A stretch of DNA of 32,000 nt from Thermoproteus tenax Kra 1 (lineage in GTDB: Archaea > Thermoproteota > Thermoprotei > Thermoproteales > Thermoproteaceae): positions 240,001 to 272,000 of the forward strand of contig NC_016070.1 in assembly GCF_000253055.1 (NCBI RefSeq), given 5' to 3'. The position numbers and the translations under genes were made by a program. Within the stretch, counting starts at the first letter, position 1; each line of letters begins with the position of its first letter. Shown here one piece after another: positions 1-8,537 of this stretch. The notes under the pieces are model-generated. The model was not told the DNA's origin. It ran no database searches and saw nothing but the letters and a program-made list of their open reading frames with translations.

Positions 1-22
1 ACACCTGCTGTTGGCGAAACAA

Positions 23-93
23 ATCGCCGTAGTTTAGCGGTCAAGTTCGCGGGTTGCGGTCCCGCCGGCCCGGATTTAAATCCCTGCGGCAAT
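23..93 (+). pseudogene. Degenerate tRNA-like sequence (possible anticodon loop TTGCGGT, anticodon GCG)
   Basis: Reads ATCGCCG-TA-GTTT-AGCGGTCA-AGTT-C-GCGGG-TTGCGGT-CCCGC-CGGC-CCGGA-TTTAAAT-CCCTG-CGGCAAT. It has a perfect 5-bp anticodon stem with a 7-nt loop, AGCGGTCA in the D-loop position and a near-consensus T-arm (CCGGATTTAAATCCC versus CCGGGTTCAAATCCC). G53 and C56 are replaced and several stem pairs are mismatched. Confidence 0.35.
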
Positions 94-208
94 CCTTTCG
101 CTATTTCCTTCCTAGGGCTGGCCATTAGCTAATGGTGATCCACCCTGGGGTCTGGCGATCTGGGGGCGACCGGCGGCGGAGGATTCTTGTTACACGTCAC
201 AAAACGTG

Positions 209-961
209 TTATCCCGGCGGCTGTTGAGGAACTACTGCGGGAATTTCCCAAAGTATCTTCGTCTTGACGCCGTAGACGTCGTATATGACGTCTTCTCTAA
301 AGACGGCTTTTATAGGCCCCGCGGCGTATACCTCCCCGCGGGACATAAATATGGCGTAGTCGGCGTACCTCAGTGCCATGTTCAAATCGTGTAGAACAGC
401 CACCACAGTGACGTCGCTGGAGAGCTTCCTCAATAGCGAGGCCGCCTCCAGCTGGTGTCTCAGATCTAGGTTGTTGAAGGGCTCATCCAGCAGGAGGACC
501 CTCGGCTCCACCGCGAGTGCCCTAGCCAGGAGGACCAGCTGGAACTCGCCTCCGCTCAGCTCCTCCAGAAACCTATCCCTCAAGTGGCTGATCCCGACGC
601 GCTTGAGGGCATCCTCGGCGGCTCTGTAGTCCCCAGCGGTGGGGAAGAAGCGGAAGTAGGGCTTCCTAGAGCTCACCACCAGGTCGATGACCCTCAGCCG
701 GCCCCCCGGGGTGGCCCTCTGCGGGACGTAGCCCACCGTCCTATACAGCTCCTCCCTCCGCGGAATCCTCCCGTCGAAGTACACCGCCCCCCTCCTGGGC
801 TTTAGGACAGACGCCATGATCTTCATGAGGGTGCTTTTCCCAGCCCCGTTTGGCCCGAGCACCGCCGTAAAAGACCGCGGCGGGATCTCCACGGTGACCC
901 CCCTAAGCGCCGGCCGTGAAGGGTAGCTGAACTCAACCTCTTCTATCTTAATACTCACCAT
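209..961 (-). CDS. ABC transporter ATP-binding protein, FecE/BtuD-like (iron/cobalamin/metal chelate uptake)
   Basis: Walker A GPNGAGKST, signature LSGGEFQ, Walker B VLLLDEPFNNLD, H-loop VLHDLN; overlaps the permease gene by 14 nt. Confidence 0.93.
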   Translation of the reverse strand: MVSIKIEEVEFSYPSRPALRGVTVEIPPRSFTAVLGPNGAGKSTLMKIMASVLKPRRGAVYFDGRIPRREELYRTVGYVPQRATPGGRLRVIDLVVSSRKPYFRFFPTAGDYRAAEDALKRVGISHLRDRFLEELSGGEFQLVLLARALAVEPRVLLLDEPFNNLDLRHQLEAASLLRKLSSDVTVVAVLHDLNMALRYADYAIFMSRGEVYAAGPIKAVFREDVIYDVYGVKTKILWEIPAVVPQQPPG

Positions 962-1964
962 ACTTTCTCAGCCTAAAGAGCAGGGCCAGTATGAAGGCTG
1001 CCCCCACGAAGCTTAAAGTGATCCCCACCGGTATTATCACGGGAGGCTTCGCCACCCTCCCCACGATGTCTGCCCCCAGCACAAGGGCGGCGCCGGCCGC
1101 CGCGGAGGCGGGGATAAGCCTCGTGTGGCTTCCCCCCACCAGAAGCCTCGCTATATGCGGAGCCGCCAGGCCCACGAAGCCGATTACCCCCGTGAAGGAC
1201 ACCAACACCGCCACCGCCAGCGTCACGGCCACGAGGGTGGTCAACCTCAGCCTGGCGGGGTCCACCCCCGAGGTCTTCGCCACCTCTTCCCCCACGGCCA
1301 CCAGGTTGTACCCCGCCGAGTTGGCGAGGAAGTAGAGAGCTGAGGCGGCCGCCACGGCGAGAAGCATAAAGCTCTCCCAGTAGCTGGGCCTCCCCACGTC
1401 TCCAAACGTCCAGAAGACCACAGCCGCCGTCTGTATATCGTTGAGGTAGAGGTACTGGAGGAGGGCCAGCGCCGCCTGATACACGGAGGAGACCACCACC
1501 ATCGCCAGAACCACAGAGGCCACGCTGAAGCCGGTCAACGAGGCGAGGAAGAGCACGAGGAGGCCGTTCAAGAGGGCCGAGAGGAAGGCCAACCCCACGA
1601 CGAGGTAGGGGTTGGATATGTCCAACAGACCGCGCGTGACTGTCCCCGCCCCCGCCACCATCACCGCCACAGCCACGCCCAAGGCTGCCGCCTGGGGGAT
1701 CCCGAGGGTGAAGGGCGAGGCGAGGGGGTTCCTCAAAACCGCCTGTAGAGCGGCCCCCGCAACCGCAAGCGTAGCCCCCACAGCCACAGCCGTCACAGCC
1801 CTCGCTAGACGCATCTTCGCCACAAGCGCCTCAGTCCCAGATCCCCACAACGCCGCCTTAAGCACATCCAGAGGGCTGTAGTTGTACGCTCCAACTGAAA
1901 GCGAGGAGAGGAAAAGTGCCACCAAAACCCCAACCAACAGGAGATACGATGCTAAGACCCGCAT
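948..1964 (-). CDS. ABC transporter permease, FecCD/BtuC family
   Basis: Polytopic protein with the family-typical LRLARAVTAVAVGATLAVAGAALQAVLRNPLASPFTLGIP and GFVGLAAPHIARLLVG motifs. Confidence 0.93.
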   Translation of the reverse strand: MRVLASYLLLVGVLVALFLSSLSVGAYNYSPLDVLKAALWGSGTEALVAKMRLARAVTAVAVGATLAVAGAALQAVLRNPLASPFTLGIPQAAALGVAVAVMVAGAGTVTRGLLDISNPYLVVGLAFLSALLNGLLVLFLASLTGFSVASVVLAMVVVSSVYQAALALLQYLYLNDIQTAAVVFWTFGDVGRPSYWESFMLLAVAAASALYFLANSAGYNLVAVGEEVAKTSGVDPARLRLTTLVAVTLAVAVLVSFTGVIGFVGLAAPHIARLLVGGSHTRLIPASAAAGAALVLGADIVGRVAKPPVIIPVGITLSFVGAAFILALLFRLRKYGEY

Positions 1965-3129
1965 TTGAACTCCGTCAGCTGTCTAAATCCTCCTTTGAAG
2001 TCTTTGGCTATTGTTGCGTAGAGGGGCGCGCCGAGGAACTCCCTGTAGATCTCGTTGGCCTTAGCCACAGGGTCCACATCCCTAAATGCGTCCGGATAAA
2101 GCACCTTACCCATATAGTAGGCATCAGCAAAAAGCGTAGCGATGTTGGTCCAGTAGTAGTTAAATGGCAATATCCCATACACCCTCCCCTCTCTAAAGGC
2201 CTTAAGAGCGCAGTACTTATCCCGGCTTTTGTTAAAGTCCTGTGCTACAAACATATAGTTCCCCAAGTCGATGAAGATCACGTCTGGCTGCTCTTTCAGA
2301 AGTGTCTCCCAGTCGATTTTGCCCCTGGCGGTATGCCGTAGTTGTCTGCGACGCCCGGCGTGTTCAACAAGACCAGCGGCGGGAAGTTCGCCATGGTGCT
2401 CTCGAAGGGTTGGCCGCCCTTGTAGGAGATTGCGCCTACGTACACCTTTGGCCTCTGGGTTATGTTGGCGGTGCGCCTATTGAGGTCTTGGATCAAACTC
2501 TCCATATATCTAATCAGCTCCTCAGCCCTCTCCTCTCTACCCAATACGATGCCTAACGTCCTCAGCGACTGGAAGAGAGTGGTGAAGTTCACCCCGCCTA
2601 CGGCGTTGCTGTACGAGACCACCACCACGGGTATGCCGGTTTCCTCCTGTACTTGGTCGGGGGAGTTGGCCAACACTGGAGACATAATGATTACATCGGG
2701 GCTCACCCTCATAATAGCCTCAAAGTTGACGGGGCTGTCAGGACCGCCCTGGCCGATCACCGGGAGCGAGGTGAGGTTTTTTGCCCAGAGGATGTAGCCG
2801 TAGTCTCTGCCTTGTGGTGGCCTTCTCTCTATCCCTTCTATCCCGGCTAGTTTGTCTGTGGCGTTGAGATATACCACGAGCCTAAGCGCCCCCGGCCCCA
2901 AGGCCACAACTCTAGATACAGGCACCTTCACAGATACCCGCCGTCCCAATGCATCCACCACCTCCACAGTACCGACGGAAGACGGCGTGGTCGTCGTGGT
3001 TGTGGCGGCCGTGGTTTGTGCCGTGGGTGTAGTCGTCCGTTGAATTGCTCCCGGCTGTTGGGAGAGGTAGTAGGCTGAAAGAGCTAGGATTACGAGTGCG
3101 GCGATGCCCAGATAAATGGTTTTCCTCAT
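1952..3129 (-). pseudogene. ABC transporter periplasmic binding protein, interrupted by a single -1 nt frameshift (ORFs 2296..3129 and 1952..2281)
   Basis: N-terminal signal/TM and Thr-rich linker, then VVALGPGALRLVVYLNATDKLAGIE (helical-backbone metal receptor type). Adding one A in the AAAA run (TTTT at 2317-2320 on +) joins the ORFs as GVADNYGIPPGAK-IDWETLLKEQPDVIFIDLGNYMF, about 392 aa. Confidence 0.85.
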
Positions 3130-3151
3130 GGCCGTAGTATGTTATGCTTAT

Positions 3152-3877
3152 TTAAGTATTAACGGGTAGAGCGTATGGGGTGCCTAGGTCTCTGTGTAGC
3201 GCTAGGGAGATGTAGCGGCCTAGCTTGAGGTGGCGTATCGTCGGCTCTATGTTGAACTTCATGGAGGCCACAACATGCACACCTGTGCCCCTCAGCGCGT
3301 CTGGGTGTACTCCGGCTGTGGGGCCGGTCAGTATATTTACCCCCCGGGAGGCGGCCAATACGTCGTCTATTGTGAAGTTCAACAGGGTCATGCCTGTGAT
3401 TATGACCGTCTTGCAGCGGGGGAGGAGGATCCTCTCCTCCACCTCAGAGTATGCGCCGAATCTGAGGTGGGGCGACTTCTCGAATACGTAGACCTGGTGG
3501 CCTCTCCTTCTGAGGGACTCGGCGAGCGGCCCCATGTTGCCTACTAGACACACCGGGTCCCCCGCGTAGTACTTCATCAAGTCGCCCGGCTCCACAGGCC
3601 CCAAGTGGTACTGAGACACGGCGTTCATCATCGCCACACCCAATGTTCTGTTTATGGGATGTAGATCTACGACGAAGTCCGCCATCTCCTCCAGCGCGGG
3701 GGGCCTCGTGTCGCCGAGGTCGTGGAGGTCCTCCCTAGGTACGTGGGCGAAGCCCAGCGCCCTCCCCCGCGGCCCCTCAACCACCACATAGACGCCCGAG
3801 AGACACACGCAGTAGTCCACCACCTTAAGGCCCTCGGCCATCTGCGAGACGTACTCCGCCAGCCTCCTAACAAGCAC
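3152..3877 (-). CDS. DUF364/DUF4213-like protein (putative heavy-metal chelation domain, Rossmann-like), about 241 aa
   Basis: DYCVCLSGVYVVVEG, then GDPVCLVGNMGPLAESLRRRGHQVYVFEKSP and VIITGMTLLNFTIDDVLAASRGVNILTGPTAGVHPDAL resemble the family. Start is revised from 4045 to GTG at 3877, because TTATAAAG lies at about 3896-3904. Confidence 0.7.
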   Translation of the reverse strand: MLVRRLAEYVSQMAEGLKVVDYCVCLSGVYVVVEGPRGRALGFAHVPREDLHDLGDTRPPALEEMADFVVDLHPINRTLGVAMMNAVSQYHLGPVEPGDLMKYYAGDPVCLVGNMGPLAESLRRRGHQVYVFEKSPHLRFGAYSEVEERILLPRCKTVIITGMTLLNFTIDDVLAASRGVNILTGPTAGVHPDALRGTGVHVVASMKFNIEPTIRHLKLGRYISLALHRDLGTPYALPVNT

Positions 3878-3895
3878 GTAATACAAAAACACTGG

Positions 3896-3904
3896 CTTTA
3901 TAAC
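3896..3904 (-). promoter_or_regulatory. TATA box of the leaderless DUF364/ABC importer operon
   Basis: TTATAAAG centred about 24 nt upstream of the GTG at 3877. Confidence 0.5.
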
Positions 3905-4353
3905 CTCACCTCCAAACAGATTCACCAGCGCGGCGAGCTTTACGGCGTCTGCCGCCGCCGGCACAAGCCATAGGCCGAACAACGTGAGGGAGCTGTAGAT
4001 GTAGGCCGCCACGGGTCCCATAGCCTCTCTAAGCGGCCTTGGCATCAGCGGCAGAGACTTCGCCTTTTGGGGGGGCTGTATCTGAAGCGCGACTGGCGCC
4101 CAAGGGACACAGTATACCTCGGCGGTTTACTGCCGCGGAGCTGAGGGCTTGGGCTTTAGGTTTTTTATGTTTGCTTTTGTTGATGTTTGGGCTGATGGAG
4201 ACTTACGCCGAGCATTGCGGCGCGATGCTGCTCTGGGGTCTCAGAGTTTTAACTTTGCCACTATATCGTCGGCCAATTTTACGGCGACCGCCGAGGTTGC
4301 GCGCGGAGACAGACGCGGGGAGAAAGTAAATAAGGGGGGACGGAGGGCCGGAT

Positions 4354-4488
4354 ATGTCCAAAGAGCTGGCGAAAAGGCTGAGAGACGCGGCGGACCTCCT
4401 GGAGTCCGCTGTAGAGGAGGGCGACTGCAAACTGGCGGAGGAGGCCTTGGACGAGCTGCGCACCATCGTCGACGAGCTAGAGGAGTGA
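4354..4488 (+). CDS. Small conserved-looking protein, 44 aa: MSKELAKRLRDAADLLESAVEEGDCKLAEEALDELRTIVDELEE
   Basis: Below the ORF-track cutoff. TAAATAAG TATA-like element about 23 nt upstream; stop overlaps the start of the dipeptidase (TGATG). Composition predicts a charged helical protein. Confidence 0.65.
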   Translation: MSKELAKRLRDAADLLESAVEEGDCKLAEEALDELRTIVDELEE

Positions 4489-5411
4489 TGTTTATTGATC
4501 TACACGAGGACATAGCCCACTATTTCCTCACCTCCCTCAGCCCCCAGCCCTTCGACGTAGACGCAGAGGGGAGACAGAGCGATCTGCCGAAGCTGAGGAG
4601 GGCCGGCGCAGACCTCGTGGTTGCGGCCGTCTTCCCCTTCGTCAACTCCTACAGCGGCTGGTCGCCGAACCTCCAGCTCGCGCTGGAGGGATTCAAGGTG
4701 TACTACTCTCTTTCCGATGCCCACGGCGTAAAGATAGTGGAGGGAAGAGGCGATCTGGCTGCGCCGGGGCTGAAGCTCCTCGTCTCGCTCGAGGGTGCCG
4801 ACGTCCTCTCCTCAGTCGACGACCTAAGGCTCTTCTTCAGGCTGGGGCTGCGGGCCCTGGGCCTGACGTGGAACCTCGGCAACAAATGGGGAGGGTCGTG
4901 CTGCGGGGGGAGGGACAGAGGCCTCTCCGAGGAGGGCTACGGCCTCGTGGAGGCCGCGCAGAGGATGGGGGTCTTGGTCGATCTGGCGCACGCCGGGGAG
5001 AGGACGGCCTTAGACGCGCTGGATGTCGCGAGGAGGCCTGTGGTAGTGAGCCACGCGAACGCCGCCGCAGTGCACAACCACAGGAGGAACGTCGGAGACG
5101 AGGTGCTCAAGAGGCTGCGCGACGTAGGCGGAGTTATAGGCCTCACCTTTATACCGTCTACGATATCCGCCGACCCGACCCCCAGAGATCTGGCGAAACA
5201 CGCGAGGTACATAAGGGACAAATTCGGCGCAGAGGTCCTGGCCGTAGGCACAGACTACCTCGGCATATCTACGGCGCCCCGGGGCTTGGAGTCGGTGGAC
5301 AAGATCTCCCGTCTGGCGGAGGCGCTGAGGGAGGCGGGCTTCAGCCGCGAGGAGGTGGAGGCAGTTATGTGGGCCAACGCAGCCAGAGTCCTCAGAGAGG
5401 CTCTGCCCTAG
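4488..5411 (+). CDS. Membrane dipeptidase, peptidase M19 (renal dipeptidase family)
   Basis: DLHED at the N-terminus, TWNLGNKWGG, VLVDLAHAGERTALDAL, VVVSHANA and VAVGTDYLG metal-site motifs. Start revised to ATG 4488; the track ORF from 4149 is over-extended. Confidence 0.88.
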   Translation: MFIDLHEDIAHYFLTSLSPQPFDVDAEGRQSDLPKLRRAGADLVVAAVFPFVNSYSGWSPNLQLALEGFKVYYSLSDAHGVKIVEGRGDLAAPGLKLLVSLEGADVLSSVDDLRLFFRLGLRALGLTWNLGNKWGGSCCGGRDRGLSEEGYGLVEAAQRMGVLVDLAHAGERTALDALDVARRPVVVSHANAAAVHNHRRNVGDEVLKRLRDVGGVIGLTFIPSTISADPTPRDLAKHARYIRDKFGAEVLAVGTDYLGISTAPRGLESVDKISRLAEALREAGFSREEVEAVMWANAARVLREALP

Positions 5412-5599
5412 CTGGCCTCTGGGGGCCGGACCTGCGGCCTCGGGGCAAGAACGCCCCCTACCAGCTGGGCCCGGCCGGGGCGTGAATTGATCCGCATGGA
5501 GCTGGGGCAATGGAGGCGCCCGCTTGAGGCCTCCGCAGACGAGGCCGCCCAAAGGCGGGCCGGGCCCCAAAAGCTAAAAACTCACATCGCCGTTGAGCC

Positions 5600-5914
5600 G
5601 TGAGCGTGATAAACCCGGAGGACAAGGCGAGATTCGGCGAGGACTCCACGGCTCTCTTGGAGAGGAACGCGTTGAGGACGGCCCAACGCCTCCGCCTGCA
5701 GGCGTCAGTCGAGGAGCGGCGCATAAGGCTAGGCGGATTCGAGGCCGAGTGGGACGGCGCAGTGGCCCGCGCGGCGGGGAGGGAGATACCCATGGACGAG
5801 GCCTCTTGGAGGATCTTCAGAGCTATGCTCCTCTCGTATTTCGTCAACAACGGCCGGGAGCCCGACGAAAGGGCCCTGGAGGAGGCCTTGCGCGCGGCGC
5901 TAGGGTCTGACTGA
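5600..5914 (+). CDS. Hypothetical protein, 104 aa
   Basis: GTG start about 26 nt after an AAAAGCTAAAAA element; soluble, charged; convergent and overlapping by 15 nt with the next gene. Confidence 0.6.
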   Translation: MSVINPEDKARFGEDSTALLERNALRTAQRLRLQASVEERRIRLGGFEAEWDGAVARAAGREIPMDEASWRIFRAMLLSYFVNNGREPDERALEEALRAALGSD

Positions 5915-6790
5915 GTAGACTTTGGCGCTGCCCAACGCCTTAGCCTCAACTAGCCCGAGCCTCCTGAGCTCTCTGAGGGCGTGCTCCACAGTCCTTATTG
6001 GGAGCCCCGTGGCCTCGGCGATCGAGCGGGAGGTCAGAGGCCCCCTCTCCAGGAGCACTCTGTAGACGTAGCGCATAGACGGCGACATCTTGGCGTCTGG
6101 GCAGGGCCTAGAGGTCGGCGCAGGCTTGAGGAGCCTCGCGTAGGAGCCTACCCACACCCTCGCTGTCCCTCCCTCGAGCCTGACCCTAGTTCTGCCGTCA
6201 GCCACTATCTCGGGCGTATACCTGGCTCTAACCTCGGCTATCTCCACCGCCTTGGACGCAGGCACTATCACGGGGCTCCTCCTGGCCGTCGAATTGACGG
6301 GCACTATCTCAAGGACGTCGGCGTCGGGATCAATTAGGACGCCCCCGGCGGATCTTGCGTACGCTGAGGAGCCCAGCGGGGTCGAGATCAACACGCCGTC
6401 GGCGACGTCGTTGAAGAGGGCCGCTCCGTCGACCCTCACTGCGTACGACATAAGCGAGGCCGACCTCCTGGGAAATATGGCCACCTCGTTGACGGCCCTT
6501 ACGATGCGCCCGCCGCTCTCGGCGTGGAGCCTAGGAATTTTGAGCACTCTGCACTCCGAGCGCGAGAGCACCAGGGGGAGGAGGTCCTCCGAGGCGAAGG
6601 CGAGCTCGGCGTCCACGCCCCTCGGCGATATCCCTACGACGACCTCGTCCCTCTCCCTCAGAGCAGCCAGTATGTCTCTGTCTACCCCGTAGACCAACAG
6701 ATGGTCGGACCTTTCGTCGAGCTGGAGCCCTAGCCTTTTGGCCAGCCTCTGGGCCTCGGGCGTCAGCGCTTTGACTGAGCCGAGGCACAC
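5900..6790 (-). CDS. NAD kinase-fold protein lacking the GGDG motif, fused to a C-terminal winged-helix domain
   Basis: VNEVAIFP, DGVLISTPLGSSAYARSAGGVLIDPDADVLEIVP and SPVIVPASKAVEI match NAD kinase C-terminal-domain motifs. The expected GGDGT position reads YGVDRDIL. The C-terminus MRYVYRVLLERGPLTSRSIAEATGLPIRTVEHALRELRRLGLVEAKALGSAKVYSVRP is a typical wHTH. Confidence 0.8.
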   Translation of the reverse strand: MCLGSVKALTPEAQRLAKRLGLQLDERSDHLLVYGVDRDILAALRERDEVVVGISPRGVDAELAFASEDLLPLVLSRSECRVLKIPRLHAESGGRIVRAVNEVAIFPRRSASLMSYAVRVDGAALFNDVADGVLISTPLGSSAYARSAGGVLIDPDADVLEIVPVNSTARRSPVIVPASKAVEIAEVRARYTPEIVADGRTRVRLEGGTARVWVGSYARLLKPAPTSRPCPDAKMSPSMRYVYRVLLERGPLTSRSIAEATGLPIRTVEHALRELRRLGLVEAKALGSAKVYSVRP

Positions 6791-6815
6791 AATATTTTTC
6801 TATTATTTTTATTTC

Positions 6816-8027
6816 ATGGCCGTCTCACCGTTCGACTGGAGGTACGGCTCGCCGGAGCTCCGCCGTCTATTCTCTCAGGAGGGGCTCGTCGAGGCCTATC
6901 TTGAGGTCGAGAGAGCCCTGGTCTGTTCGCTGGAGGAGCTGGGCGTAGCCGAGAGGGGCTGTTGCGCGGCCGTGTCCAAGGTCACGGTCAGACCGGAGGA
7001 GGTCTACGAGCTCGAGAGGGAGACTAAGCACGACATACTGGCCCTCGTGAGGCTCCTTGAGGAGAGGAGCGGCTGTAGATATGTGCACTACGGCGCTACC
7101 TCAAACGACGTGATCGACACGGCGTGGGCCCTCCTCATCAAGAGGGCCCTCTCCCGAATCAAGGCCGAGGCGCGCGAGGTGGGCGGCGAGCTGCGGAGGC
7201 TTGCCGAGAAATACGCCGATCTCCCCCAGGTGGGTAGGACTCACGGGCAGTGGGCGGAGCCCGTGACTCTGGGCTTCAAGTTCGCCAACTATTACTACGA
7301 GCTACACATAGCGTGTAGAGCTCTGGAGGGCGCGGCCGAGCTGATCAGAGGGAAGCTGGGGGGAGCCGTGGGCACTATGGCCTCTTGGGGCAAGGCGGGC
7401 CTGAAGCTGAGGGAGCTCGTGGGCGCGAGGCTCGGCATCTCCTTCCACCCCATATCTACGCAAGTGGCGCCCAGGGAGAGCTTCGCCTACCTCGCCTCCG
7501 CCCTCTCTCTGTTGGCCGAAGTGGGCGAGAGGCTGGCCACTGAGATCAGAGAGCTCTCCAGGCCCGAGATCGGCGAAGTCTATGAGGTCGGAGGCGGCGG
7601 ATCTTCGGCGATGCCCCACAAGGCCAATCCCACAAACAGCGAGAGGGTAGTGAGCTTGGCCAGATACGTCAGAGCTCTGACCATTGTGGCGCACGAGAAC
7701 GTGGCTCTGTGGCACGAGAGGGATCTGACGAACTCGGCCAACGAGAGGATATGGATCCCAGAGGCCCTTCTGGCAGTCGACGAAATTCTGTCCACCCTGG
7801 CCCGCGTATTGAGGAGCCTCAGAGTGGACGAGGAGAGGATAAGGCGGAACTTGGAGGCCGCCCTCCCCATCATCACAAGCGAGTTCAAAATGTTGGAGCT
7901 CATAAGGGCTGGGAGGAGCAGATCGGAGGCCTACGAGGCCGCCAGAGCCGGGGGCGCCGGGGAGCTCCCGAGGGACTGGCCCGTCAGAGAACTTATCGAC
8001 GCCGCGCTCTCGCTCCCGCTCTGTTAG
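6816..8027 (+). CDS. purB: Adenylosuccinate lyase
   Basis: HYGATSNDVIDTAWALL, QVGRTHGQWAEPVTLGFK and the signature GGGGSSAMPHKANPTNSERV. Start revised to ATG 6816. Confidence 0.95.
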   Translation: MAVSPFDWRYGSPELRRLFSQEGLVEAYLEVERALVCSLEELGVAERGCCAAVSKVTVRPEEVYELERETKHDILALVRLLEERSGCRYVHYGATSNDVIDTAWALLIKRALSRIKAEAREVGGELRRLAEKYADLPQVGRTHGQWAEPVTLGFKFANYYYELHIACRALEGAAELIRGKLGGAVGTMASWGKAGLKLRELVGARLGISFHPISTQVAPRESFAYLASALSLLAEVGERLATEIRELSRPEIGEVYEVGGGGSSAMPHKANPTNSERVVSLARYVRALTIVAHENVALWHERDLTNSANERIWIPEALLAVDEILSTLARVLRSLRVDEERIRRNLEAALPIITSEFKMLELIRAGRSRSEAYEAARAGGAGELPRDWPVRELIDAALSLPLC

Positions 8028-8063
8028 AGGGCGAAGAATATTAACCCCCAGCGCAGCCTCTAC

Positions 8064-8537
8064 ATGGAGTTGGACGGAGAGATTGAGAGGTGGCTCAAGG
8101 GGCTGGGCTTAAAGATAGTTGTGCCGCCCAATGCGCCTGAGCCCTTCCATATTTCTACGTCTCCGCCGACCGGCGTGCCCATAGTCGACGTCGTGAGGCC
8201 CAAGGACGCCGAATACTACGTCATAGCCATGGGCATAGCGATACACCCCGACCACAAGAGGGCGCTCTCCTCTATGAAGGAGCAAGACAGGAGGAGGTTC
8301 CTCCTGGAGCTGAAGCGGGCGGTCTTGGCCATGGGAGTGGACTTCGCCTTCATTCCGCCCGACGCAGAGGTGCCCGACTTCGTCCAGATATCCAAGCCGG
8401 TCCCCACAGCGGGGCTCGACGCGCGGAGCTTCCTGGAGGAGTACTACAGAGTGAGGAACGCCGGCCTCATCGTGATGGTGAGCTTCGCCGACACCTTCAG
8501 GCCCGGCAAGGGGCCTCAACAGTCGCTCTATGCTTAA
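8064..8537 (+). CDS. Conserved archaeal hypothetical protein (possibly DUF2299-like), 157 aa
   Basis: Uninterrupted ORF starting 36 nt after purB; compact alpha/beta composition. Family name from recall only. Confidence 0.7.
   Translation: MELDGEIERWLKGLGLKIVVPPNAPEPFHISTSPPTGVPIVDVVRPKDAEYYVIAMGIAIHPDHKRALSSMKEQDRRRFLLELKRAVLAMGVDFAFIPPDAEVPDFVQISKPVPTAGLDARSFLEEYYRVRNAGLIVMVSFADTFRPGKGPQQSLYA

Noticed and set aside
2317-2320. Programmed -1 frameshift in the ABC binding protein
   Set aside because: The site lacks a canonical X XXY YYZ heptamer and I see no evident downstream pseudoknot. A homopolymer indel (mutation or sequencing error) is simpler.
4039-4329. 96-aa plus-strand ORF with a hydrophobic patch (ALGFLCLLLLMFGLMETYAEHC)
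   Set aside because: It overlaps the start of the opposite-strand ORF, ends in Arg/Pro-rich sequence and has no promoter or homology cue. Not supported strongly enough to call.
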